A DNA stretch of 64,000 nucleotides from the human T2T-CHM13v2.0 reference genome, Homo sapiens, in assembly GCF_009914755.1 (NCBI RefSeq), contig NC_060944.1. One strand, written 5' to 3'. The notes beneath the pieces are model-generated. The model made no database searches and was not told the DNA's origin. It saw only the letters and a list, made by a program, of their open reading frames with translations. The translations under genes were made by a program, and so were the position numbers. The number at the start of each line of letters is the position of its first letter. Position 1 is the first letter of the stretch. Below are positions 1-18,068 of this stretch, in pieces.

Positions 1-478
1 CTAGCTACATTCTGTACCAAGAGGGACCTTTTTCCCATGGGTCTGGCTACCCCGCCCTGTGGTCCAAAGCCCTTCAAGCAGCATCCCTTGGCTACTCCTC
101 TAGTTTAGGGGAGTGTACACCTCGGGTATGGTCTGCCCCTTGGGAGGATGGCCCCAGACATGAGGCCCCCAAAACCCACTCCATCTAGAAACACTTAATC
201 TTAGGTCATCAGTACTTTTAGTCTTAGTAATTTTATATTTGGTCATACTAATGAGTCAATTCAATATTTTGATACTTTTATGAATCAAAATAGAATAAGG
301 CTTTTAAGAAAGGGCTCTACTAAAATTCTCAGGCTTCTGCAAGATGCCCTTTCTCCAGACCTTTTCACCATTCTTTTATACCCAGAAGTCTCATTCTGTT
401 CATCTTCATTCTTTGCTCTTTGACCTGCTCCACCACGGGATCAGGTGGAGCAACAAGGAAGGGAATGTCTATATTATC

Positions 479-890
479 TGTATTAGTTTGTTCTTGCACT
501 GCTATAAAGAAATACCTGAGACTGGGTAATTTATAAAGACAAGAGTGTGAATTGGCTCACAGTTCTGCAGGCTGTACAGGAAGCATAGCAGCTTCTGCTT
601 CTGGGGAGGCCTCAGGAAGCTTCCGATCATGGTGGAAGGCAAAGGGGAAGCAGACACGTCTTACATGGCCAGAGCCTGAGAAAAAGGGTGGGGGGAGGTG
701 CTACACACTTTTAAACAACAAGATCTTGTGAGAACTCACTCACTGTGCAGTACTAGCGGGGAATGGTGCTAAACCATTCATGAGAACTCTGTCCCCGTGA
801 TCCAATCACCTGTAACCAGTCCCCATATTCAACACTGGGGATTACAATTCAACATGAGATTTGGTGGGGACACAAATTCAAACCGTATCA
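479..890 (-). mobile_element. MST-type MaLR solo LTR
   Basis: TGTATTAGTT...AAACCGTATCA is the reverse complement of the MST ends (TGATATGGTTTG...CTAATACA); typical body sequence. Confidence 0.85.
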
Positions 891-1607
891 TCATTAGAAT
901 GAGTCACGATGAAGTAAGACACCTCCAAGGATCTGGGCTGCAACATCAATTCTCCTGGGACATCCCACAGACCTTGCTCTGTGTGGTAGGATCTGCGCTG
1001 TGAGCTATGTCTGGTCTGTTGGGCAAAATCCATACATGGCTTTTTGATTTACTGTGCTAACATTGGCAATTAGCTCCTCAGAGAAATCACTGCCAAATTT
1101 CTGTGTCATGGATAACAGTGCGAAGGGGGCAGGAGCCTTCCCTGTAATTTGATGCATTTTCTGTTGGAGGGAAGCACAACCGAGTGCAGGCTTCTGCAGT
1201 GGCTGATGGCTTAATTGCCACGTGCATCTTGTGGGGAGTACTTACTTGGTGTCCCTATGCTTGACTCCCTGGCACTGGGAAGCAGCTGACACCTGGAGGG
1301 AGGGTAGGAAGCCAAAGGGCTGGTGGCTGACACCCAACAGTGAAGGAGCTGGAATCACCGTTCTCTCACTCCCATTTAAATCACTTCATTGTTAAGGGCC
1401 ATGCAGTCTGATGACATTTTAGTCACCAGAAACTGTTCCTTAATTATTCAGATACTGTATGCCCAGTATGCAGTGCATTGCCTGGCATAGATCAGGGTCT
1501 CAGCAGTGTCTACCAAGGTCACCCTAGCTCTGGGCTGGCTCTTTGTGAATGGCTGCATGACATTCCTAGTCCACTTTCTCCTCTCCTTCTCCTCACACTT
1601 CCCTCTT

Positions 1608-2368
1608 TGGTGGATTGTTTAATTGGTCAGCAATTACTCCTTCTGCCCTTCCCATCTATGGTGGAGTGAACTTCCCTTTCCCCCTTATTTTGGGCTTGGG
1701 CTTGTGATTTACTTTGGCCAATGGCACATGAACAGAAAAGATGCAAGCAGAGGTTTTAAGTGTGCCTGGTGTCTTGCTTGGCCTCCTCGGCCCTCTCCTC
1801 TGTCATGAGAAGAACACGTCTCAGATAGCTGCTGGCTCCAGAAGAAGGAGACTTACGGAGCAGGCTTGAATCCCACACATAGCCTGGAGGTAAGCCCAGC
1901 TGAACCCCGCCACACTCTGTCAAATCCAACAGAGTTAGCTGGGTGCAGTGGGTCACGCCTGTAATACCAACACTTTGGAAAGCCAAGGCAGACAGATTGC
2001 TTGAGCTCAGGAGTTTAAGACCAACTTGGGCAACATAGTGAGACCTCATCTCTGTTACAAAAAAAAAAAAAAAAAAAAAAATCACACAATTAGCTAGGTG
2101 GGGGCGGTGCATGCCTGTGATTCCAGGCACTCAGGAAGCTGAGGTGGGAGGGTTGCTTGAGCCCAGGAGGTTGAGGCTGAACCACTGCTCTCCAGCCTGG
2201 GTGATAGAGTGAGACATTGTCTCAAAATAAAAAAATAAAACCAACACACAGAGTTATAGTCAACCTTCTGATCTGTGAGAGAGAATTAAATATGTATTGC
2301 TATAAGCTGCTGAGATTTTAGAGTTGTTTGTTACACAGCATTATTAAAGTAATAAACTGGTTAACACA
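1608..2368 (+). mobile_element. MLT1-type MaLR LTR interrupted by an Alu
   Basis: MLT1-like 3' end (GTTGTTTGTTACACAGCATT...TAACACA) and body; boundaries approximate. Confidence 0.65.
1937..2247 (+). mobile_element. Alu (AluJ-like)
   Basis: Dimeric Alu, expanded A linker, flanking repeat ACAGAGTTA. Confidence 0.9.
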
Positions 2369-2590
2369 CTCTCCCATGCTGGACACTAATACCTGGTTCA
2401 GAGCAGTAGCAGAGATGTCTTTGATAATCGCGAAGACCAGAAAGAGAGAAGAACTGAGAAGATCCCATTATATCTCATACATTTTCCAGCATTACCATAT
2501 TCCTTTTGTTTTATATTAATATCCCATTAGTGAACACATCTCATTCTATCCCCACAAGTGGTTTTACTCCATCCTCTTCTATTAGGCCTC

Positions 2591-5309
<2,719 letters not shown>

Positions 5310-5729
5310 GGGGGAGGAATAGACCTAATGGACCAAGCCAGAATTCCGTTTAGCAGACAAAAGCAGGGAGAAGCTGGAACATTCTGTCATTAATATTGAA
5401 ATCTGCCAAAATTATAACATCCAAAACATAGTAGGAAGCTCAAAAAGGATCTGTTGAATGAATAAATGATCTAGTGAATCAGGGAATGGCTCTGGTTCCA
5501 ACCCCTCATTTCTGGATGAGGCCCAGAGAAGTGAAGGGACTCATCCAAAGTCTCCCCGGGTTAGTGGCCAAGTTAGAACAGCAGCCCTGTCTCCTGATAC
5601 AGGATCTTTCCACCATGGTTCACTCTGAGCTGTTAAGAACTGTTTCCCATAGATGCAGTGTGAACACACAATTTATTATTCAGTCCTGGGTGCTTTTAAG
5701 AGAGAAAGAGAATGCTATTAATAATTGTG

Positions 5730-7430
<1,701 letters not shown>

Positions 7431-7521
7431 TTGTACCAGAGCAACAGGTGAAAACTAGCACTGCTGTGGGCAAATTGGAATGTGTGATCACCCTATTTGT
7501 AAGTCTTGGCTTATTGGACAG

Positions 7522-8233
7522 TGTTATGGGCTGAATTGTGACTCCCCCAAATCCTTATGTATGTTGAAACACCAATCTCAGTAACTCAGAATATGACTGT
7601 ATTTAGAGGCAGGACCTTCAAAGAGGTAATTAAGTTAAAACAAGGGTGTTAGAGCTGACCCTAATCAAACCTGACTGACATCTTTATAAGATGAGGACAT
7701 TCAGGACAGGGTGTGGTGGCTCATACCTGTAATCCCAGCACTTTGGGAGGCCAAGGTGGGTGAATTGCTTGAGCTCAGCCTGGGCAAAATGGCAAAACCC
7801 CATCTCTATAAAAAATACAAAAATTAGCTGAGCATGCTGGCCCATACTGTGGTCCCAGCTACTCAGGAGGCTGAAGTGGGAGGATTGCTTGTGTGTGGGA
7901 GGTCAAAGCTGCAAGGGAGCCATGATCACACCTCTGCACTACAGCTTGGGTGACACAGCTAGACCCTGTTTCAAAAAATAAGTAAACAAATAAAAGAAGA
8001 GGGCATTTAGACACACAGAGAGACATCAGAAACATACATAAAAGGACGACCATATGAAGACACAGCAAGAAGGCAGCCATCTGCAAGCCAAGGAGGGAGA
8101 CCCCAGAGAAACCAAACCTGCTGACACCTTGATCATGGACTTCCAGCCTCCAGAACTGTGAGGAAACAGATTTCCGTTGTTTAAGCCACCCAGTCTTTGG
8201 CATTTTGTCGTGGCAGCCGAGCAAACTAATACA
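7522..8233 (+). mobile_element. MLT1B/C-type MaLR LTR with an AluJ inserted at ~7704-7995
   Basis: TGTTATGGGCTGAATTGTG...AAACTAATACA ends; 5-bp TSD GACAG/GACGG. Confidence 0.85.
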
Positions 8234-8359
8234 GACGGCAAATGACAGTTTGAAAACAGAGGTCCTGTCTTAACTTCTTTCATGCTCTCCAGAACATGGA
8301 AGAACGGTTGCTGAGTACCACACTGCATCATGCTGAGAAGAATCCTGCACACAGGATGG

Positions 8360-8720
8360 GTAGATCTGGATTGTGTCAACCTAACCTAGCTGGAAGTAGG
8401 TTTTCCAGAATTACCTTCCTTGCACATGTGTAAGTGAGCATGGCCACAGGAGATGTGCTGAGAGATTTGGAAGATGGAAGTGAAATGGCAGCCATATTCC
8501 CAGTACTCTTAGGGGATCAGTGTGCTGTTGCTGCTTGTGCATGGCATCACTCACCTGCTGGCTTACCTGTCCATAAGCTCAGCCTCCTGGTTGTGGCTGC
8601 TGCAGCTCCTGCTGGGTCACCCCTCAGCATCTCTGACTCCCAGACCAGCTGCATGTGCAGCTGTTTGGCAATGGACCTCAGTTTCTCAGGTTGGGCCCCT
8701 CATCATGGAAGGTGGAGGTT
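8360..8720. mobile_element. LTR33-like ERVL LTR fragment
   Basis: GTGTCAACCTAACCTAGCTGGAA...TTCCAGAATTACCTTCC motif; degenerate. Confidence 0.45.
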
Positions 8721-8739
8721 TAGGGCAGTGGGAGAGCAA

Positions 8740-9115
8740 GGGGTCAGTAGGGCTCTGTTCTTTCTAGTGGCTCTAAAAGATAATCCATTTTCTCACATTT
8801 TCCAGCCTCTGGATGCTGCCTGCATTCCTTGGCTCTTCACTCCATTTTCAAAGTGTGTTACTCCAGTCTCTGATTCTGTCATCACATCTCCTCTGACTCT
8901 CTTGCCTCCCCCTTTTCCTTGGTCCTATAAAGTTCCCACAAGGACCCTTGTGATTACATGGGACCTACCCAGATAACCCAAGATAATCTCCCCATCTCCA
9001 GATCCTTAATTTAATGACATTTGCAAAGTCCCTTTTGCCAAGTAAGATAACATACTCACAGGTTCCAGGGACTGGGGCATGGACCACTTGCGGGGGTAAG
9101 TATTCTGCTTACCAT
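8740..9115 (-). mobile_element. MLT1 LTR fragment
   Basis: GATAATCTCCCCATCTCCAGATCCTTAATTTAATGACATTTGCAAAGTCCCTTTTGCCA, typical antisense MLT1. Confidence 0.75.
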
Positions 9116-10825
9116 GATAATTTAAACTCTGGTCTTCTTGACTCCGAAAGCCATGCTTATCCAAGGACATACACCCTGCTCCTGCAGCCTACATTTAAAG
9201 CATGGGACACATGTACACAGAAAGCATTCCTTAGGTACAACTGACATACCAAGCCTCCTTTGAGCTATGCATGCAAACTAGTGATCATAGCGACAGTGAT
9301 AGGTCAGACTTTGGTGTACCAGCCCTAAGGCCTCTGCATGTCCTTAAGAGTTGAGGGGTTTTCTCTCTGGAGAAGGTGTCTATATCAGCAAGGGTCTTGA
9401 TATCCCACTCAAAAAGATGATTACAACCACTTTTCTGAAGCTACCTAAGAAAGGAAATGCTTTCACAGTACACTGAGAACTTTGCCATAAACAATATTTT
9501 TCAAATCATAATAACATAAATATTGACAAATAATTTAAAAGATGGTATTAATATAACTACCTTGAGAAGAAGGGATTGGGGGATATATAAAGTTAACTCC
9601 TTACCTGGCATAACAGGGAGCTAATAGAGTTTAATGTGGATAAATCATAAAATTATGACTCAATTATGTTATTTTTTAAATGCGGGAAACAACCAGAAGA
9701 AATGATGAAAAGAGTTAAAAGTAAATGTTTCTGGGGAGCAGAACTTGGAGGCAGGAGACTGTGGTTTTTTATTATAAGCCTTTCGGGATATTTTAATTTA
9801 AAGCCAGACCTTAAGAAAAGTAAGATCCAGATCTATTCTTGGTATAGAATTGTGGAAATATGATGACTGGAAATTGGAAAGATCATTTGAGAGCTTCCTT
9901 CCCATCATTTGCAACTTGTTTGCAAAAGATGGGAAAGGAAAAAAAGAAGACAAATCCCAACCTTTTATTGTAATATGTAGAGACTAAAATCGTATGTAGA
10001 TGAAAATCCAAATTTTATTTCCCCTGCAATCCAGACTCAGCACAAATAACCAATTAAACCCACCTTCAAAGGCAGACAAAAATCATATCACTCTTTTATG
10101 CTTCTACCAGCATTTGAACCACCTCCATATAGACATAATTAGTTAGAAAAAGTCAGGTTAATATTTTTGTCAGTGTCTCTGTGTGTGTGTATTCAATAAG
10201 TTTGCAAATATATCTTTGGCTCCTGTTAAGGAGACCCAAACTATAATCCTGCTAAATGTCCAAGTCTCCTGTTTATGACTATGTAAAATCGGAGGCTACA
10301 GATGCCCTAAATACCCTCCTATGCCAAAATATCTCCACCGTCACCCCTGCCTAGGCTGTCAGTTCCCAAACTGGAATTTCCCGCCTCACTCATTTCTCTG
10401 GGTTAAAGTCCAGCCTCCAGGAAGGCCCAAGTAAAATACCAGATTAATCTGAAAAGGACCAACTTGTTAATAACTCACTAACCCCTTGACATGCATTCAT
10501 TCATCTCTTACAGAGAGTTGGGTCCTAAAGAATGGGACAGTAGAAAGATGGGTTTTCCTAGAGAGGGTCTGAAGTATGGGAAAGAGTAGGGGTAGGGGTC
10601 ATGGAATCATCTTGGATGAGGATGGAAAGGCAGCATGGGGCTCTGGGAGATGGTTTGAGTGGCAAAGAGAAAGGAAAGTGTTTTCCTTGGTCAGCAATCC
10701 ATGGTGGCACTGCCCAACACAACACAGACTGCACCCTGGAGATGGGCAGCATGGCACTGGGGGTTGCAAATGGATGTCAGTCTTGCCTGTGTTACTGGGG
10801 AAATGAAGAGTCAAATGAACTAAAG

Positions 10826-11185
10826 CAGTGGTCCCCAATCTTTTTGGCACCAGGGACTGATTTTGTGGAAGACAGTTTTTCCATGGACTGGGATGGGGGC
10901 AGGGATGGGGGTAGGAGGGATGGTTTGGGGATGAAATTGTTCCACCTCCGATCATCAGGCATTAGTTAGGTTATCATAAGGAGCGTGCAACCTAGATCCC
11001 TTGCATGCTCAGTTCACCATAGGGTTTGTGCTTCTGTGAGAATCTAATGCTGCTGCTGATCTGACAGGAGGAGGAGCTCAGGTGGTAATGCTTGCTCGCC
11101 CACCACTCACATCCTGCTGTGTGGCCCAGTTCCTAACAGGCTACAGACCAGTACTGGTCCACAGCATGGGGGTTGGGGACCCCTG
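10826..11185. mobile_element. MER1B hAT-Charlie DNA transposon
   Basis: Terminal inverted repeats CAGTGGTCCCCAA...TTGGGGACCCCTG; perfect 8-bp TSD AACTAAAG. Confidence 0.9.
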
Positions 11186-12438
11186 AACTAAAGGACTGGA
11201 AACCACTTTGATAGGTACAACGTAGGTAAAATAGAAGCCTCCATGACCCACTGTGGTTTCCTGAAATGTTGGTTTTTCATTCAAATGCTTTGGCAGCCAC
11301 AGAGTGTGGAGTGTTAATAGTTTATCTATAACTGGCTATCAGAAGACAAATGGAGTAGGACACAGGGCTGAGATGAAAGGTAAAGAGACATTAACAGGAG
11401 CTCTCCCCTACAACTTCCAGTGAAACACACCTATGGAGAAAAATGTTGGGATGTATCTATATCACCATCTATTTAGAAGCTACAGAAAGCTCTTATGGAC
11501 AAAGGCCTGCTCATCCTTAAAGACTTCCCTTGAAAAGTCTTTTCAGATGTTCCTAGATAAAGTATCCTCCCATAGCCCCTTAGTCATATTTCAGAACAGC
11601 ATTTGTCACTTGGTCTTGTAATGATGAGTTAATACACTTGTTTATACCATCCAACTGTGAACTCCTAGACTGAGGAATATCTTTGGACTGAGGACATATC
11701 CCCACATGGGAGCACTGGGGAGAATACGTAGGCATTTCCCATTGAGCACTTTTTGAAATAAGTAAATAAAAGGGTCACAGAAAATTGAAGCCCTTGTGAT
11801 CTTTTAATTTCCTCAAAAGCATAACTTAATAAATGTGCAAAATGCACAAACTTGCTTGCATGATCAACCCTTGGCCTCCCTCCTCAAGTGTCAAGGGAAC
11901 AAAAAGATAAGAGGTATCATATTTAAGAAAGATAATGCCATCTTCTATCCATCCAAGGGAGGTTCAGTAACTTCTATGGCCATTAAATGCTGGAAGATTG
12001 ATGTGGGCATGCTCTGCTTGGCTCCTACCTCTTCTTCTGGAAGCTGGCTGCATCTGGGAGTACACATTCTCTGCCTCTCCTCCAGGGATGAGCTCCTGGT
12101 TAGCACTGCCTGAGAGAGGGGATCAAGTCTGTCCAATTCTGAGGTCCTATTAAGCAGGCCCATGTAGTTCTTGCACTAAACTACACGCTCCATCTTAGTA
12201 ATATTTGGTAATATTTTGGTCTCCTCCTTCTGTTCCTTTTTCTTATTAAGCAACAGTGAGATATGATGGTTTTTAAATTAATTGGATGATATATTTAAAA
12301 GCTATAAAATGCTAATATTTGACCTGTTGTTTGACCTGGTTGTTCTATGGAGCTTTATCAAGGGAAAAGAGAGCCCAAAGAGATTTCTTGGCTCCAGTAG
12401 AGAATCTAAGATTATCAGGGATTTATAAAGATGTAGTA

Positions 12439-12773
<335 letters not shown>

Positions 12774-13395
12774 TCACCTGTGACCTTAGAAGGCCTTTTC
12801 ACGGATAGTTATGAACCATGGTGACTACCCATGATCCCTTCATGATGACAAGCATTGGGATGACCGTGGTAATTTGATGGATAGCTGCCCTTCTTTTATT
12901 TAGAGGTCACTATAGGTCAGGCCACATGCTGAGTGTTTTACATGCAATATCCCATTTATTCTAACAAGCCTGTGAAATAAGTATTTATCCTATGTTACAA
13001 ATGAGCAATCCAAAGAAATCAGCTCAAATGACAGAAATCAGATTATTTGACAAAGATCACACAGTTGGTAATGGCTCAGAAGGAACTTGAACCTAGGTCT
13101 CCTAGCTTCAAATCTCCTCTCAGAGTTGTGACTTTAGGAGGCCTTCACTAGAATCAAGGCACGCACTACAGTCCACAGTCTCTGTGCAGGGTGACTAATG
13201 CGAATGGACCTAAGACCATGTCTGTCTCCATACTGTCTGTGGGAAGTGGCAAAGATGCATTTGTGAGTAGTGAATGAATGGAGCTTTTCTTTTGGTTTTC
13301 AGCTCACTCCATATCCCCTAAAACCGTAACACTCATGGATACCATAGTCTGTAAAATCAAACGAAAATTACTTACAAGCACTGGTAAAATCTAAG

Positions 13396-13606
13396 CAGTG
13401 GAGTGCCAGTAAATATTTAACAATTGGTTCTCTGAAACAAAAAAAAAAAGCCATAATATGTAGCACCTGCCAATTTTCATGCTGTAAATACTTCCAGCAT
13501 GGCCAGTTTCAAGCTACCAACCTGACAACTCTGAACATGGAGTTGAGAAGAGATGTATTGAACTGGTTCTTTCTAGCTGGTAGGAGCCTGCTCCAGCACA
13601 CCACTG
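13396..13606. mobile_element. MER63A-like hAT MITE
   Basis: TIRs CAGTGGAGTGC...GCACACCACTG; 8-bp TSD AATCTAAG/AGTCTAAG. Confidence 0.8.
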
Positions 13607-13919
13607 AGTCTAAGCAACCCTGTAAAGTCAAATTTGGGGGAAGGAGATGAGAACTAAGCCTCTTCTTATTAATCTGAACTGGAAAATGTGTCTTACATTC
13701 ATTTGTGTTTTTCTTTATTGTGTACATTTATTTCATTTCACATGTGCCATCACAGAGCTAAAGTACAGTTCCACAAAAGCTGTGCTGGGAGGATGCAAAA
13801 GTCATCAAGAACATGGTCCCTACCTTATACATACTCAGCCCCCTCTAGAGTCACATACCTGAACTCACTAAACTTCATAGCAACCCCGTAAGGTGAGAGA
13901 GACAGAATAGTGAGTATTA

Positions 13920-14304
<385 letters not shown>

Positions 14305-15016
14305 TCATTTGCCACTCATCACTCCTCATTGGGGAATAATTGTAGGGTAAGGTCAATGCGGGTTCCTAAATTCGAGTGTCTCAGGGTTCTGTTTAATACT
14401 TGCTCTTCTCTTTATATAGCAGTTTAATAGCAGGTTGTAGTCTTTGAAATTCCTTTGGCCTCCATACCCAAAGAATGATTTCCCTTTTTCTATAGATCAA
14501 GTTCTGTCTCCTTTCAATAGTATCTTTTCAGTAGAAAGAATGCAATAGTTCCACAGTTGCTACTCTACTTGGTAAATGCGGTGGAGGCCGAACAAAAACT
14601 GGGTTGGGGAAAAAAAAAAGTTAGGTTGAGAACCACCAAAGTTGATTCTTTTCTCCCGTGAGATTTACTGAAAATTCAGGTGAATTACCTTTGTGTGACT
14701 AAAAGGGACTTAGGGAAAAATAGCTGAGTTTCCATTAACCAAATTCCCTGGAACCAAAGGAAAATTGTGCACTTTGTTGCACATTAAAAATAGGAACTGC
14801 AAGTATTAAAAGAGCAAAGTATCACATTTAATAATCACGAGGTGAGGCTTAATGATAAACTACTATATCTACATATGCACATCATATACTTGCAAAACAT
14901 AACAGACTATTAGAGCAAAACTTAAGGAACTATGAATGCTAATTAGCTAGTTTATCTAAAATGTCTACCTGTTCTTAATTACCTTTTTTTTTTTTTTTCC
15001 TAAGAAGTAAGCTTGA

Positions 15017-15339
<323 letters not shown>

Positions 15340-16899
15340 TCTTAATTACTTCTTAATCAACCTGGCTTTCTCTGAGTTCTCAGAGGAATGGGACATTCAA
15401 ATTTACCTTAAACTCTTTGAAACAAAAACCATGAGAACATAAACCCAATACAAATGCTTTCAAGCTACAGAATATCAAAAGCCATTTTTATTGAATTCTA
15501 TTTAGTGATCTTCTCCTCAGTTTTTTTCTTTTTCAAAGCCTGTTTCCAACATAATTAGAGAGAAGACATGATGCTAAGATTTCTAGTTTGTTCTCAAAAA
15601 TGCCCCTTCTTACTTTCTTGATGCTTTTTTGCATGGCAGAGAGAAAAGGGCCATGTTGTTGTAGGGTCCCTATGATATGAGTAGAAACATTTTACTTATT
15701 GTTAGAAAGCTGTGGTTACCTTGGCAGGGAGTAGCTACCTTGCTCAGGAAGCTCCCCCTGGTTGCGTCTCTGGGAATCAGCCCTCAGTTAACCAGGCAGT
15801 TCACCATTTATTGTATTTATGGCTTAAACTTTATCCCTTCTTTTAAAGGGATTCTTTTAAAGAAGTATTTATCCCTTCTTTTTGAGGGATCTGGAATAAA
15901 ACAGTCTAACCCATTCTAGAATCTACTTTAAATTTCTTTTATTTACCAAGAGGGAAAGAAATAATCTCAGGTTGTTTGCAGATCAAAAATGTAGAACTGT
16001 TAGAAGAAAGGTGCTGGGAAAATTAGCAATGAAGTGAGAAAATGGTTTAAAAGAGACAACTGCACAGCAGCTGGTCCTCCAATGTGTGTTTTGCTGATGA
16101 AAATCTTTCTGAGGGGCTGTACTGGAACAAACCCATATTAGGAAATCCCAATTCTGTCTACAGCTAAGACATACACGAAGTCAGTAGCACCTCAGGGTTT
16201 GTTTTTTTTTTTTCTTGAATATTTCTCTTTGCTGTCTCTGTAACTGAATATGTTAGAAAATTACTCATATTTTCCTTCAGCTTCCACAAAGAAATTTAGG
16301 TTAAGCAAGAGGAGAAAAGCAATTTCTAATTTGTTTATGGGTCTGCAAGTTCTGCAGAATCTGAGGAGAGAAGGATAAACTTACTGGTAAATAATTCACC
16401 TTCCCACCTCTCAAATAGTTTTTCTCAAATAGAAACACTCCAGGCACACACAAAAGTTCTCCATTTCGGGGAGCAGCCCAAACAGTGTCTCCTCCTTAAC
16501 TGGCAAACTTTGCCCTAGAAGCTCCTTCACCTCCACCCCAGAGAGCTTCAGGGGAACCAGGGCTAGTCCACTCCAACGCCTGTCCCTACCTGCCCGCTTG
16601 TTCCTAATGACCTCAGTCCTCTGTCGCAGAGCTCTCCAGCTACCAGGAAGAAAACAGACACTATTCTCTGCCACCAACTCCCCATCCCAGCCAGCCTCCC
16701 AGCACACAAGAGCCTCTGCAAAGAAACGATAGTGCAAGCACATTTTCTTATGGAACTATCCTGGATCCCTCCACTGTCCCATGCCTCAGGATTCTCTCAT
16801 CCAAGCACCCTATTTCCCTTCCCAACGTAGAGCCACGCCCTCATCATTTTCAACATTTATTTTTTGGAGACAGATAGGCGTGTTCTTGGTTATTCAACA

Positions 16900-17080
16900 A
16901 CTCCACGATCAATGTGGTACTTTATTTAATACGTCTGATTTCACTAATGCACAAACAACCTTGCCTGAGTATGGTATGATCATTCTCATCTTATAAATGG
17001 AGAAGCTGAGACTGGGAGTTTCCAAGACACCCCAGCTCACAGTCACTGGCAAGGGCCGTCCCCAAATCTGAGCCTTCCGC
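16900..17080 (-). mobile_element. MIR fragment
   Basis: ATTCTCATCTTATAAATGGAGAAGCTGAGACT is MIR core-like. Confidence 0.55.
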
Positions 17081-17345
17081 GCAGCCCAGGCTGCTCCCAG
17101 CTGCACCATGTTCCGGGTGCAACGAGAGAAGGGTCAGAAGTGAGCGGGCAGAGGACGCCCTCCCCTGCTGGCTGCTGGTGGCACTAGGGGCTCCTGGCAA
17201 CGACGCCTGTCAGGGACGCCTTTCCAGACGCATCAAACCCAGCTTTCAGACGCTGAAGGTGACATCCTGTGAGGGCGACAGCAGCAGTTATTGGAAAGGG
17301 GCCGGGTGAAGTCCTGAAGTACTGACTGCTTAGGCTCCACGCACC
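17050..17345. promoter_or_regulatory. Small CpG-enriched candidate enhancer
   Basis: Local CpG excess, five GACGC words, RFX-like half-site CCTGGCAAC. Confidence 0.3.
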
Positions 17346-17551
17346 ATGCTGGGTAGACCCTTTCTTCAAGGCAGCTTCTGAGTTGGACATGCCCATTTTG
17401 CAGATGGGAGATGAAGGCTTCTGAATGTTAACTAACCCGCTAAGCTGAAGAGCCAGGAGGATTTGGACCCCGGGCTGCCTTCACAAGCCCACCTTCTGCT
17501 GGTCCACCTCCTCATCCCAGGATCTAAGGAACCTGAGGGAAACAAGAGCCC

Positions 17552-18068
17552 TGTATTAGTAAAGGTTTCCCAGAGAATAAATAGTTATAGATCAATAGCT
17601 ATGAGATTTATTATAGGAATTGGCTCATGTGGTTATGGAGACTGAGAAGTACTCCCATCTGCTGGCTGCAAGCTGGAGAACCAGAAAAGCCAGTGGTGTA
17701 ATTTGGTTCAAGTCCAACAGAGTGAGAATCGGACTAGCCTTGGGGGGACAGGGGGTGGGGGAGCCTGTGTAAGTCCCAGGATTTGAAGGCCTGAGAAGCA
17801 GGGCACAGATGTCCAAGGAGAAGATGGATGTCCCAGCTCAAGTAGAGGGAGTGAATTCATCCTTCCTCCACCTTTTTATTCTATTCGGGCCCTCAGTGGA
17901 TTGGACGGTGCCCACCCACACGGGTGAGAGCAGATCTTCACCCAATCCACTGAGTCCAATTCCAACCTCTAGGGGACAGCCTCACAGACACACCTAGGAA
18001 TCATGTTCCACCCACTGTGTGAGTATCCCTTAGCCTAGTCAGGTTGACACATAAATTTAGCCACCACT
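17552..18068 (-). mobile_element. MLT2-type ERVL LTR
   Basis: TGTATTAGT...GGAATTGGCTCATGTGGTTATGGAGACTGAGAAGT...GGTTGACACATAAATTTAGCCACCA. Confidence 0.8.

Noticed and set aside
8434-8976. 180-aa ORF
   Set aside because: Spans LTR33-like and MLT1 fragments and starts at a non-ATG codon.
10889-10930. G-quadruplex-like G runs
   Set aside because: Lies in the variable G-rich segment of MER1B; nothing suggests function.
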